26,297 nucleotides of DNA, from the NCBI GenBank assembly GCA_946622835.1, contig CAMOQI010000001.1:1-26297 (forward strand), read 5' to 3'. Position numbers and translations under genes: made by a program. This document shows positions 1 to 7,780 of the stretch, piece after piece (the stretch's first letter is position 1; the number at the start of each line of letters is the position of its first letter). This DNA is from an uncultured Candidatus Melainabacteria bacterium (GTDB taxonomy: Bacteria > Cyanobacteriota > Vampirovibrionia > Gastranaerophilales > Gastranaerophilaceae). Below the pieces are notes generated by a model. The model was not told the DNA's origin and ran no database searches. It worked only from the letters and a program-made list of their open reading frames with translations.

Positions 1-17
1 CAATTTTTTTTGGTTAG

Positions 18-317
18 GGAAAAAGGGGTTACATTATAACAACCAAAAGAGGGGATGCTTCGGCGATTTTGGAATATTTACCGGAAGATTTTGAAATTGA
101 TTTTGCATTCATTGATGCTTGCAAAAAACAATATTCGGATTTTTTCCGTCTTATTGCACCGCACCTAAAAGTTGGAGGATATATTGCTTGCGATAACGTG
201 ATTTCACACGCTTCAAAAGTTCAGGATTTTTTGGAAGAAATTGACAATAATCCAAACTATGAAAACGTTGTATTACCGCTTCCTGCAGGACTGTCATTAG
301 CTAAAAAAATCAGATAA
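18..317 (+). CDS. Class I SAM-dependent O-methyltransferase, C-terminal fragment (5'-truncated)
   Basis: Frame is open from 18 and reads ...ITTKRGDASAILEYLPEDFEIDFAFIDACKKQY...GGYIACDNV, matching the GDA / FIDAxKxxY / GGxIxxDN motifs of O-methyltransferases. The ORF track starts it at TTG 69, but family-like sequence extends upstream to an in-frame TAG at 15-17. Confidence 0.8.
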   Translation, partial: GKRGYIITTKRGDASAILEYLPEDFEIDFAFIDACKKQYSDFFRLIAPHLKVGGYIACDNVISHASKVQDFLEEIDNNPNYENVVLPLPAGLSLAKKIR

Positions 318-327
318 GGAGAAAATA

Positions 328-642
328 ATGAGTGAAGATTGTATTTTTTGCAAAATTATAAACGGAGATTTTGGCACAGAATTTGTGTATGAGACAGAAA
401 ACACGGTAGTCTTCAATGATATAAACCCTAAAGCTCCCATACACATGCTTGTATGCCCCAAAAAACATGTGGCATCTTTGAATGAATTGGAAGATAAAAA
501 TTTAATGGCAGAACTTTTACAAACAGTAAAAGATGTCACAAAAAAGATAGGTTTAAAATCATACAAAACCTTAATAAACACCGGCAAAGAAGCCGGACAA
601 GAAGTTTTTCACCTGCATATTCACATCTTAGGTGAAATTTAG
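328..642 (+). CDS. hit: HIT-family (histidine triad) nucleotide-binding protein
   Basis: N-terminal CIFCKI, DINPKAPIH and C-terminal GQEVFHLHIHIL (HxHxH). SD AAGGAG upstream. Confidence 0.95.
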   Translation: MSEDCIFCKIINGDFGTEFVYETENTVVFNDINPKAPIHMLVCPKKHVASLNELEDKNLMAELLQTVKDVTKKIGLKSYKTLINTGKEAGQEVFHLHIHILGEI

Positions 643-1517
643 ATATTCATATTTTCTAATTTTTTTATCCTGTCATCTATATTCGGGTGAGTTGACATTA
701 AATTTGCAAATAACCCGCTTTTAAAAGGATTTGAAATATAAAGATGTGCAGTTGCTTCATTTGCAACAGGCAAAATTGAACTATCATTTTTAATTTTGCT
801 TAAAGCCGATGCCAAATATTCAGGATGAGCGCAAAATTTTGCACCTTTCGCATCCGCCATATATTCTCTTGAGCGCGAAATCGCAAATTTAATCAATGTT
901 GCTATTAAAGGAGCAGCCAAAGCAAAAACTATTCCGACAATTGCACTGATTCCGGAATCATCTCTTCTTCTAAAACCTGACAATAGACTGCTGCGCGAAT
1001 ATATGTTTGCAAAAATTCCGATAAAACCAACCAAAATTGAAACTACAGACATCAAAAACATATCTCCGTTTGCAATATGTGACAATTCATGCCCGACAAC
1101 ACCACTCACTTCATTTAAAGATAATCTTTCCAAGAGTCCTCTTGTAACCGCAACAATAGCTCTATCTTGATTTCTTCCTGTTGCAAAAGCGTTTAAAGCA
1201 CTTGTATTGATTAAATACAAACGAGGCATTTTTATATCATTTCTGCTGCACATTTCGCGAACCATCGCATAATATTCCGGCATATCTTCTTCTTGAATCG
1301 GTACAGCACCCGAAGACTTTATAACTAAAGTATCAGAAAAAAAGTACGAAACGAAATTCAAAATCCCTGATATAATTAACGCAATCCAGACTCCCATAAG
1401 CCCATACCCGAGCATATCCGAAATAAAATATCCTAACCCCACAATTATTGCGGTCATAATTATCATATAAAAGAAAACTTTTGTCCTGTTTGATTGCACA
1501 ACATCGTTTGAATACAT
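639..1517 (-). CDS. htpX: M48 zinc metalloprotease HtpX
   Basis: Two N-terminal TM segments, NAFATG, HELSH (HExxH), AISRSREYMAD and THPxxxxRI. SD-like AAAGGGG upstream. Confidence 0.93.
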   Translation of the reverse strand: MYSNDVVQSNRTKVFFYMIIMTAIIVGLGYFISDMLGYGLMGVWIALIISGILNFVSYFFSDTLVIKSSGAVPIQEEDMPEYYAMVREMCSRNDIKMPRLYLINTSALNAFATGRNQDRAIVAVTRGLLERLSLNEVSGVVGHELSHIANGDMFLMSVVSILVGFIGIFANIYSRSSLLSGFRRRDDSGISAIVGIVFALAAPLIATLIKFAISRSREYMADAKGAKFCAHPEYLASALSKIKNDSSILPVANEATAHLYISNPFKSGLFANLMSTHPNIDDRIKKLENMNI

Positions 1518-1608
1518 TTTATACCCCTTTCTATAGTTTATTATATATCACTTCTTTTTCAATTACAATTTATATTTTTAACAAAATCTTGATACAGTGG
1601 AATAATAT

Positions 1609-1636
1609 TTGAAAAGATATTTTTACGTGATAATAT
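1609..1636 (+). promoter_or_regulatory. Predicted sigma70-type promoter of speE
   Basis: TTGAAA (1609-1614), 16-bp spacer, extended -10 TG-A-TAATAT (1628-1636). Confidence 0.55.
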
Positions 1637-1639
1637 AAG

Positions 1640-1667
1640 TAGGTGCGAAAATTCGCACCTATTTTTT
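1640..1667 (+). promoter_or_regulatory. Perfect hairpin plus T-tract in the speE leader (terminator-like element or operator)
   Basis: TAGGTGCGAA (1640-1649) and TTCGCACCTA (1652-1661) are exact reverse complements, followed by TTTTTT (1662-1667). Confidence 0.7.
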
Positions 1668-1686
1668 ATGAAAGGGAAAGCAAAAA

Positions 1687-2538
1687 ATGAAAAACGGAAT
1701 AGAAAACGGTTACTACCACGAAATTACCCCCGACGGGTTTGGAATAGCAATAAAAGCAGGAAAAGTATTATTTTCAGATAATTCACCATTTCAAAAAGTC
1801 GAAGTTTTTGAAACAGAATCCGCCTTGGGAAGAGTTTTGACCCTTGATGATTTAATGATGACAACCGAAGGTGATGAATATCATTATCATGAAATGATAG
1901 CACATATTCCTATGATGCAGCATCCATGCCCAAAAACAGTCCTTGTAATAGGCGGCGGAGACGGCGGAACAATAAGAGAAGTTCTAAAACACAAGACCGT
2001 TGAACGTGCCGTTTTATGCGAAATTGACGGAATGGTTATTGATGTTTGCAAAAAATATCTTCCCTCTATTTCTTGTGAACTTGATAATCCGAAAGTTGAA
2101 ATTCTTGTTCAAGACGCTATTGAGTATATTAAAGATAAAAAAGATGAATTTGATATTGTTTTAATTGATTCAACAGACCCTATGGGACCCGGAGAAGGAC
2201 TATTTACGGATGAATTTTACACAAATGTTAAAAATTCACTCAAAAAAGGCGGAATAATGGTTGCACAATCAGAATCCCCTTTTGCACAGAAAGAATCCGT
2301 TCAAAAAATGTACAAACAGCTTAAAAAAGTATTCCCGACAGTTGCAACATACACATCAAACATACCGACTTATCCGGGGGGATACTGGGCTTGGGCTTTT
2401 TGCTCGGCAGATGTAAAACCGCTTGAATACTATAATGATGAACGTGCGGCAGAAATTATTCCGACCTGTAAAATTTACAACAAAGAATACCACAACGCAC
2501 GTTTTGCGCTTCCGAATTACTTAAAAGAGTTGTTATAA
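1687..2538 (+). CDS. speE: Spermidine synthase (polyamine aminopropyltransferase)
   Basis: SPFQKVEV, TTEGDEYHYHEMIAH, VLVIGGGDGG, CEIDGMV, DSTDPMGPGEGLF and PTYPGGYW motifs. Confidence 0.96.
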   Translation: MKNGIENGYYHEITPDGFGIAIKAGKVLFSDNSPFQKVEVFETESALGRVLTLDDLMMTTEGDEYHYHEMIAHIPMMQHPCPKTVLVIGGGDGGTIREVLKHKTVERAVLCEIDGMVIDVCKKYLPSISCELDNPKVEILVQDAIEYIKDKKDEFDIVLIDSTDPMGPGEGLFTDEFYTNVKNSLKKGGIMVAQSESPFAQKESVQKMYKQLKKVFPTVATYTSNIPTYPGGYWAWAFCSADVKPLEYYNDERAAEIIPTCKIYNKEYHNARFALPNYLKELL

Positions 2539-2540
2539 AA

Positions 2541-2927
2541 TTACAAAGTATGGTAATACTTCATATAATCCGATAAGATTAAAGAACTTGTGCCATTTGC
2601 CAAATTCGCTTTTATAATCTGATCTTTATCGTTTGTTGTTTTATTTTCAATCTTAGAGGTTTCATCATTTTTAGGGTTCATCTCCTGCTGCCTTTGAGCT
2701 TCCTGAACCTGTTCAATAAATTGCTCAATTTTTTCCATAACTTGAGAATGAAGTTTTACATCTCCTTCAAATGAACCCGTAGATTGAACACCTGCAGTTT
2801 CTAAATCTTGTAAAATTTGTTCCCACTGAGAATAATTTGTAACGGAAGAACCTTGAGCTTGCGCTGCTGCCTGTGCTTTGCGTAATTCATCAATTGATTT
2901 TATATCTTCAATGTTGTCCATACCCAT
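2541..2927 (-). CDS. Hypothetical Gln/Glu-rich helical protein (128 aa)
   Basis: Open frame with SD AGGAG 8 nt upstream of the ATG and a plausible TTGGCA...TATAAT/TAATAT promoter (about 2954-2982). No recognisable domain. Confidence 0.8.
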   Translation of the reverse strand: MGMDNIEDIKSIDELRKAQAAAQAQGSSVTNYSQWEQILQDLETAGVQSTGSFEGDVKLHSQVMEKIEQFIEQVQEAQRQQEMNPKNDETSKIENKTTNDKDQIIKANLANGTSSLILSDYMKYYHTL

Positions 2928-3012
2928 GTTATGCTCTCCTTATTTCTGTTCATATATTATAAAAATTTTCGGATTTTGCCAATTTCATCATACAAATTTT
3001 TCGTAACAAATA

Positions 3013-3927
3013 TTAATAATTAAAATGATTGAAAATTTTATTTTCTACATCTGTTTTTGAATAATGTATCTTTTTGCCATTCAACAGCATATCAACACCA
3101 AGACCTTTTTTAGCGTACCCGATTTGAGTTCCGCCAATATCATATTTCTCAGGAACAACTGCTAAAATTCCATAATCCTCACCACCAAAAAGCACAAAAT
3201 CCTCCCAGTTAAGAAATTGTTTAATATCACCATCATACGGGATTTTTGCAAAATCAACCTCTAATAAAACACCGCTTTCATTTGCTATTGTTGATAAAGC
3301 ATCCATAAGCCCATCTGATGTATCCATCATTGCATAAGGTTCTTTAACTGTTTGCGCTATATTTATTGCAAAATCACTTTGAATTTCCGGAGTTAAATGA
3401 GCTTTTATGAATTTGTTACTAAAATCTTTTGAACCGCTTTTTAAAAATTGAAATCCCGCAGCAGAAGATCCATGCAAACCCAATACAACAATTTTATACC
3501 CCTCTTTTGCTTTTGAACGAGATGAAATATTTCGCCCTTTTGCACTCCCAAGCGCACAGACAGATACAAAAATTTTATCAGAACCCGTTAAATCTCCTCC
3601 AATAACTTTTACATCACCGGCGCAAGCATCTTTGACCCCTTTATAGAATTCTTCCACAAAAGAATTATCTGCAAAAGACGGTAACGACAGAGAAATTGTT
3701 ATATATTTAGGAATCCCTCCGCTTGCATATATATCTGAAAGATTTACCATAACTGATTTATAACCTAATTTGTACCCGTCGGTATAGTCAAGAGAAAAAT
3801 GTACCCCCTCAACCAAACTGTCTTGGGTTACTACAAGTTCAAAATCATTCAAATAAGCACAATCGTCCCCAATATACTCAGAACCGGAAATATTTTTTAT
3901 TATATTAATAAGCTCTTTTTCTTTCAT
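3013..3927 (-). CDS. thiL: Thiamine-monophosphate kinase
   Basis: IGDDCA, QDSLVEGVHF, NLSDIYASGG, IGGD, MDTSDGL and GGEDY motifs. Confidence 0.95.
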   Translation of the reverse strand: MKEKELINIIKNISGSEYIGDDCAYLNDFELVVTQDSLVEGVHFSLDYTDGYKLGYKSVMVNLSDIYASGGIPKYITISLSLPSFADNSFVEEFYKGVKDACAGDVKVIGGDLTGSDKIFVSVCALGSAKGRNISSRSKAKEGYKIVVLGLHGSSAAGFQFLKSGSKDFSNKFIKAHLTPEIQSDFAINIAQTVKEPYAMMDTSDGLMDALSTIANESGVLLEVDFAKIPYDGDIKQFLNWEDFVLFGGEDYGILAVVPEKYDIGGTQIGYAKKGLGVDMLLNGKKIHYSKTDVENKIFNHFNY

Positions 3928-3929
3928 GA

Positions 3930-5837
3930 TTAAACTATATCATGTTCCAAAAGCGAAATAAATTCTTTAACAAGGTTCCGGTTCCATTTTTTGCCCGCAT
4001 CGGATTTAATCACCTCTAAAGCATCCTTACTTGACAATTTATTGCGATAAGGCCTTTGTTCAATAAGGGCAAAATACTCATCAAGTATCAATATAATTTG
4101 TGAAGTTATAGGAATATCATCATGCGCTATTTTATTAGGATATCCTGTTCCGTCCCAATTCTCATGGTGATGTTCGATTATTGGCAAAACATCTTGAATA
4201 TATGAAATCGGTTTCAAGATATCTCTTGCGGCAATAACCGGATGATTTCTAATTTTTTCTTTTTCTTCGTCTGTTAGAGGTGTTGCCTTTTGCAATAATT
4301 CATCGGGAATCATAAGGTTACCTATATCATATAATAATATTGCAACCCTGAGATTATCAATATCTGTTTTTGAAATATCAAATCTTTTTGCAAGACTTAC
4401 ACCCATTAAAACCTTATTTTTAAACGTTCCTGAAGTGTGCATCGGGTTATATAATCTTGCCAACATATCCGCAACAGCATACAACGAATCCTTTGAAATT
4501 TCATCCTTATTTGCCGGAGCGCTGAGTTTTTCACATAATTCTTTTGACAAGTGCTGAGCTTTTGGGATTCTATTTTTAGATAAAATATCAATAAAAGTAT
4601 TAACAGCAATATCTTGCCAAGAAGTTTCATTAATATTCTGAGCGACAGTAACCCTATTTCTTCCGTTGCGTTTAGATGTGTACATGGCTTGATCGGTTAA
4701 CTCCAATAACTCTTCCACATTATCACTGTGTTCTAAATAAGTTGCAACACCAAGGCTGCCTGTTATATGACCAATAGTGTCAATTTCAACCTCTTCAATT
4801 GATTTGCGAATTCTTTCCGCGGCAATTTTAGCACCTTCTGAGCCGACACCCGGTAATAATACGTTAAATTCTTCCCCCCCAATACGCGCAGGAACATCAA
4901 CAGAACGGGCATTTTTCTTTAATACGTCTGCGATAGTTTTTATTGCCAAATCTCCAAAAGCATGACCGTAAGTATCATTAATTTTCTTCAAAAAGTCTAA
5001 ATCTATACCAATAATAGAAAACGGCTGCATAATACGTTTTGTACGTTGAACTTCTTTGGCTAACGCCTCTTCAAAATATCTTCTGTTATAAAGTCCTGTC
5101 AAAGCATCAGTCACAGCTTGCTCTCTGACGGCTTGAAATAAATCCGCAATAGTTATAGCCAATTCTACTTGTTTAGCAAACATTCCCAAAAAATCCATCT
5201 CCGAAATTGCCAATTCATCCCTTGATGAAAACACACAAAACCAACCAAATTCCTTTTTCTGTACATATAAAGGAACGACAATTATTGATTTTACCGGTTG
5301 ATTTGTAATAACCTGATGTATAACTTCTTCATCCACCTCAGGTAATATGGATTTTAGTGATAAATCAATGGATTTTGATTGAATAATATTTTGCTGACGC
5401 AGACTATCAGCAAAAATGCTGTCTTTTGAATAACTCAAACGTCTGGTCTGAATTGCCGGCGAACCTATTATATTATTTAACCTGTCTATAAGTCCGTCAT
5501 TTGATTGCGCGATAATATGAAGATATTCTCCCTCCGCATCTTGGTGTTTTCTTATAATTGAACAATGCATATACCCCAATTCACCTTGGGTACTGTTCAC
5601 AATAGCCTCCAAAACGTTTTCTAACGGGGTTGAAGAATTCATCATATCCAAAATGTGCTGCAAAGTAAACATCCGTTTATTTGCAACATCCAACTCTTTT
5701 GTCCTTTCCGTAATTTCTTTTTCAAGTTGAAGATTACGTTCATATATCTCAAGATAATCACGTTTTTCGTGATATATACTGTTTTCTACTTCAGAAACTT
5801 TTTTTGTTACTTCTTTAAATTTATCAAATAAACCCAT
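3930..5837 (-). CDS. Diguanylate cyclase: coiled coil, GAF, GGDEF (GGEEF), degenerate HD-GYP domain
   Basis: GAF-like segment, DALTGLYNRR, DLDFLKKINDTYGHAFGD, RSVD I-site 5 residues before GGEEF. C-terminal LLYDIG...HP...HHENWDGTGYP...RPYR. No TM helix evident. Confidence 0.92.
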   Translation of the reverse strand: MGLFDKFKEVTKKVSEVENSIYHEKRDYLEIYERNLQLEKEITERTKELDVANKRMFTLQHILDMMNSSTPLENVLEAIVNSTQGELGYMHCSIIRKHQDAEGEYLHIIAQSNDGLIDRLNNIIGSPAIQTRRLSYSKDSIFADSLRQQNIIQSKSIDLSLKSILPEVDEEVIHQVITNQPVKSIIVVPLYVQKKEFGWFCVFSSRDELAISEMDFLGMFAKQVELAITIADLFQAVREQAVTDALTGLYNRRYFEEALAKEVQRTKRIMQPFSIIGIDLDFLKKINDTYGHAFGDLAIKTIADVLKKNARSVDVPARIGGEEFNVLLPGVGSEGAKIAAERIRKSIEEVEIDTIGHITGSLGVATYLEHSDNVEELLELTDQAMYTSKRNGRNRVTVAQNINETSWQDIAVNTFIDILSKNRIPKAQHLSKELCEKLSAPANKDEISKDSLYAVADMLARLYNPMHTSGTFKNKVLMGVSLAKRFDISKTDIDNLRVAILLYDIGNLMIPDELLQKATPLTDEEKEKIRNHPVIAARDILKPISYIQDVLPIIEHHHENWDGTGYPNKIAHDDIPITSQIILILDEYFALIEQRPYRNKLSSKDALEVIKSDAGKKWNRNLVKEFISLLEHDIV

Positions 5838-5880
5838 TTAAAACCTAATCATATTCATCTCAGCAACTCATTTTAACACA

Positions 5881-6933
5881 TTACTTATCAAATATCAACC
5901 TGTTTGCAGCTTCTACAACATCAGCAGGATTTGGAAATTCAACACAAGCGTTAATATTTTTATGCAAGCGGCATTTTCTTTTAAAACATGGTTGGCACGG
6001 AAGCCCGGCTCCCCCCATTGATATGTATTTCATAGGATTTCCGTATGGTCCAAGAACTTCTTTTGGGGTACAAGTGAATATTGCAATGACTGCCGGTTTT
6101 CCTGTTGCCCATGCCAGATGCGCGCTTCCGCTATCCGGAGCAATTACAAGATTTGCCCTTGAGAAAACTTCTATAAGTTCTATTATTTCCGTTTTTCCGG
6201 CAAGATTTATAAATTTACCACCGCTTATATATTCTATTAATTCATTATCCGCAGGCCCGCCCGTAAAGACTATATTACAATCTTGCGACAGGTTATTTAC
6301 AACACTTTTCCAATTATCCCTATCCCAATGTTTATTGTCCCACGTCGTTGCAGGAGCAATTACTACAAGTGGTTTTGTTTTATCTAAATCCTCCAGCAGC
6401 ATATCAATTTTTTTGATTTGTTCTTCGCTGCGCGCCGGCAATGTCACTCTTATTTGCTCCGGATTTATTCCGAGATAATTTGCGTATTTAAGATAATTCA
6501 AGACTATTGGGGAATTGGGAGCATATGAAATTTCATCTATCCATTCATTTGCGCCCAAAATTGCCAATTCTCTCGCTTCTTTGGAAATTATCCTGCGTTT
6601 TGCACCGCAAAACAACATCCAATAAAGACTTTTTAACATCATTTGAGAATCGATTGCTATATCATATTTTTCCGCCCTAATCCGCTTTAAAATTTCCAAA
6701 TATTCTTTAAAACTTTCAAAAGAAAATCCTCTCTTTTTCCACTTTACAACAGGAGCAAGTATTGCCTTATCGACACAAGGATTATTCTTTACAACCTGAA
6801 TTCCCTTTTCAGAAACCAGCCAACTCACTTCATAACCGGCGTCTTTCAAGGCATTTGCCAAAGGGATATTAAATACAACATCCCCTAAAGAAGATAATTT
6901 TATTAATAATACTTTTTTCTTTTCTTTTTCCAT
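5881..6933 (-). CDS. Glycosyltransferase family 9 (LPS heptosyltransferase WaaC/WaaF-like)
   Basis: LLIKLSSLGDVV N-terminus, PATTWDNKHW, NLAGKT and DSGSAHLA motifs. Confidence 0.9.
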   Translation of the reverse strand: MEKEKKKVLLIKLSSLGDVVFNIPLANALKDAGYEVSWLVSEKGIQVVKNNPCVDKAILAPVVKWKKRGFSFESFKEYLEILKRIRAEKYDIAIDSQMMLKSLYWMLFCGAKRRIISKEARELAILGANEWIDEISYAPNSPIVLNYLKYANYLGINPEQIRVTLPARSEEQIKKIDMLLEDLDKTKPLVVIAPATTWDNKHWDRDNWKSVVNNLSQDCNIVFTGGPADNELIEYISGGKFINLAGKTEIIELIEVFSRANLVIAPDSGSAHLAWATGKPAVIAIFTCTPKEVLGPYGNPMKYISMGGAGLPCQPCFKRKCRLHKNINACVEFPNPADVVEAANRLIFDK

Positions 6934-6950
6934 CTGTTAGTCCAACACTT

Positions 6951-7018
6951 TGTCATTCTGAGGCGGAAATATTGAGATTCTTCGCTTTGCTCAGAATGAC
7001 GATACCGCCGAAGAATCT
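6951..7018. repeat. CGTC-tagged REP-like palindromic element, nested/permuted copy
   Basis: GTCATTCTGAG (6952-6962) pairs with CTCAGAATGAC (6990-7000). AGATTCTTCG (6975-6984) pairs with CGAAGAATCT (7009-7018). GGCGG (6962-6966) pairs with CCGCC (7005-7009). Confidence 0.8.
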
Positions 7019-7067
7019 TTTCCTATACACTGTGCAAAATCATTATAATTTAATTATAATATTTCGT

Positions 7068-7607
7068 CTATTTCTTAATAAAAGTGATAAATTTATCAGA
7101 GTATTTTTTCTGTTTTATTACATTGTAACCGTCAAAATCAAGTTCTGTAACATGTTCTGCAATAATTATTCCATTACATATTTTTGATGCGGTTTTTAAA
7201 CTTTTTTGATAAATCTCTGAATAATATGGCGGATCAATATAAATAATATCAAATTTTACGTCACTTTGAGCCTTTCGGCGAAGAATCTCATCAATCTTCA
7301 AACAATCACCCAATATCAGTTGAATATCGCTATCTTTTTCGTATCTTTTAATATTTGATTTTATAACATTATAAACTTTTCTGTCCTTTTCAACCATAAC
7401 AACTTTTGAGAATCCGCGCGACAACGCTTCCAGCCCCATAATTCCGGAGCCTGCATACATATCCAAAAAACTTGCCCCCTCAAAATCAATCATAGCCTGC
7501 AAAGTATTAAAAACACTCATCCTAACCTTTGATAATGTCGGTCTTGTAATATTTTCATCAGGAGCCTGAATTTTTTGCCCTTTATATTTTCCCGCTGTTA
7601 TATTCAT
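7068..7607 (-). CDS. rsmD: 16S rRNA (guanine966-N2)-methyltransferase
   Basis: ITAGKYKG, TRPTLSKVR, LDMYAGSGIMGLEALSRG, DPPY and IIAEH motifs. Confidence 0.94.
   Translation of the reverse strand: MNITAGKYKGQKIQAPDENITRPTLSKVRMSVFNTLQAMIDFEGASFLDMYAGSGIMGLEALSRGFSKVVMVEKDRKVYNVIKSNIKRYEKDSDIQLILGDCLKIDEILRRKAQSDVKFDIIYIDPPYYSEIYQKSLKTASKICNGIIIAEHVTELDFDGYNVIKQKKYSDKFITFIKK
7259..7289 (+). repeat. Half-unit of the same palindromic repeat embedded in-frame in rsmD
   Basis: CGTCACTTTGAG-CCTTTCGG-CGAAGAATCTC matches the arms GTCATTCTGAG...CGAAGAATCT of the 6951-7018 element. It encodes RsmD E107-D116 (EILRRKAQSD). Confidence 0.75.
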
Positions 7608-7613
7608 GCGTAA

Positions 7614-7622
7614 ATATTATCA
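7614..7622 (-). promoter_or_regulatory. Extended -10 box of a probable leaderless rsmD transcript
   Basis: TG-A-TAATAT on the minus strand, 6 nt before the ATG. No SD. Confidence 0.6.
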
Positions 7623-7780
7623 CAAAACAAATAAAAGATATACCATAAATAGCTTGAAATCAGTATTTCTAAGCTTTTGTTAACAAATGTAACAAAAATA
7701 TAACATGTTGAAATCAGATAATTAAAAAAAACTTTATATATACAGATGAGAGCAATTTAATTTTAATAAGGAGACGAGAT

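Noticed and set aside
639-1517. Possible horizontal origin of htpX
   Set aside because: No compositional anomaly or mobility signal is visible, and the question cannot be judged without a phylogeny.
1668-1781. Out-of-frame upstream ATG giving a Lys/Arg-rich peptide overlapping the speE start (antizyme-like polyamine frameshift idea)
   Set aside because: No SD for this ATG, speE has its own SD and start, and there is no slippery-site evidence.
6972-7187. 71-aa + strand ORF starting MRFFALLRMT
   Set aside because: Its start is a translation of the palindromic repeat and the rest is antisense to rsmD. No RBS.
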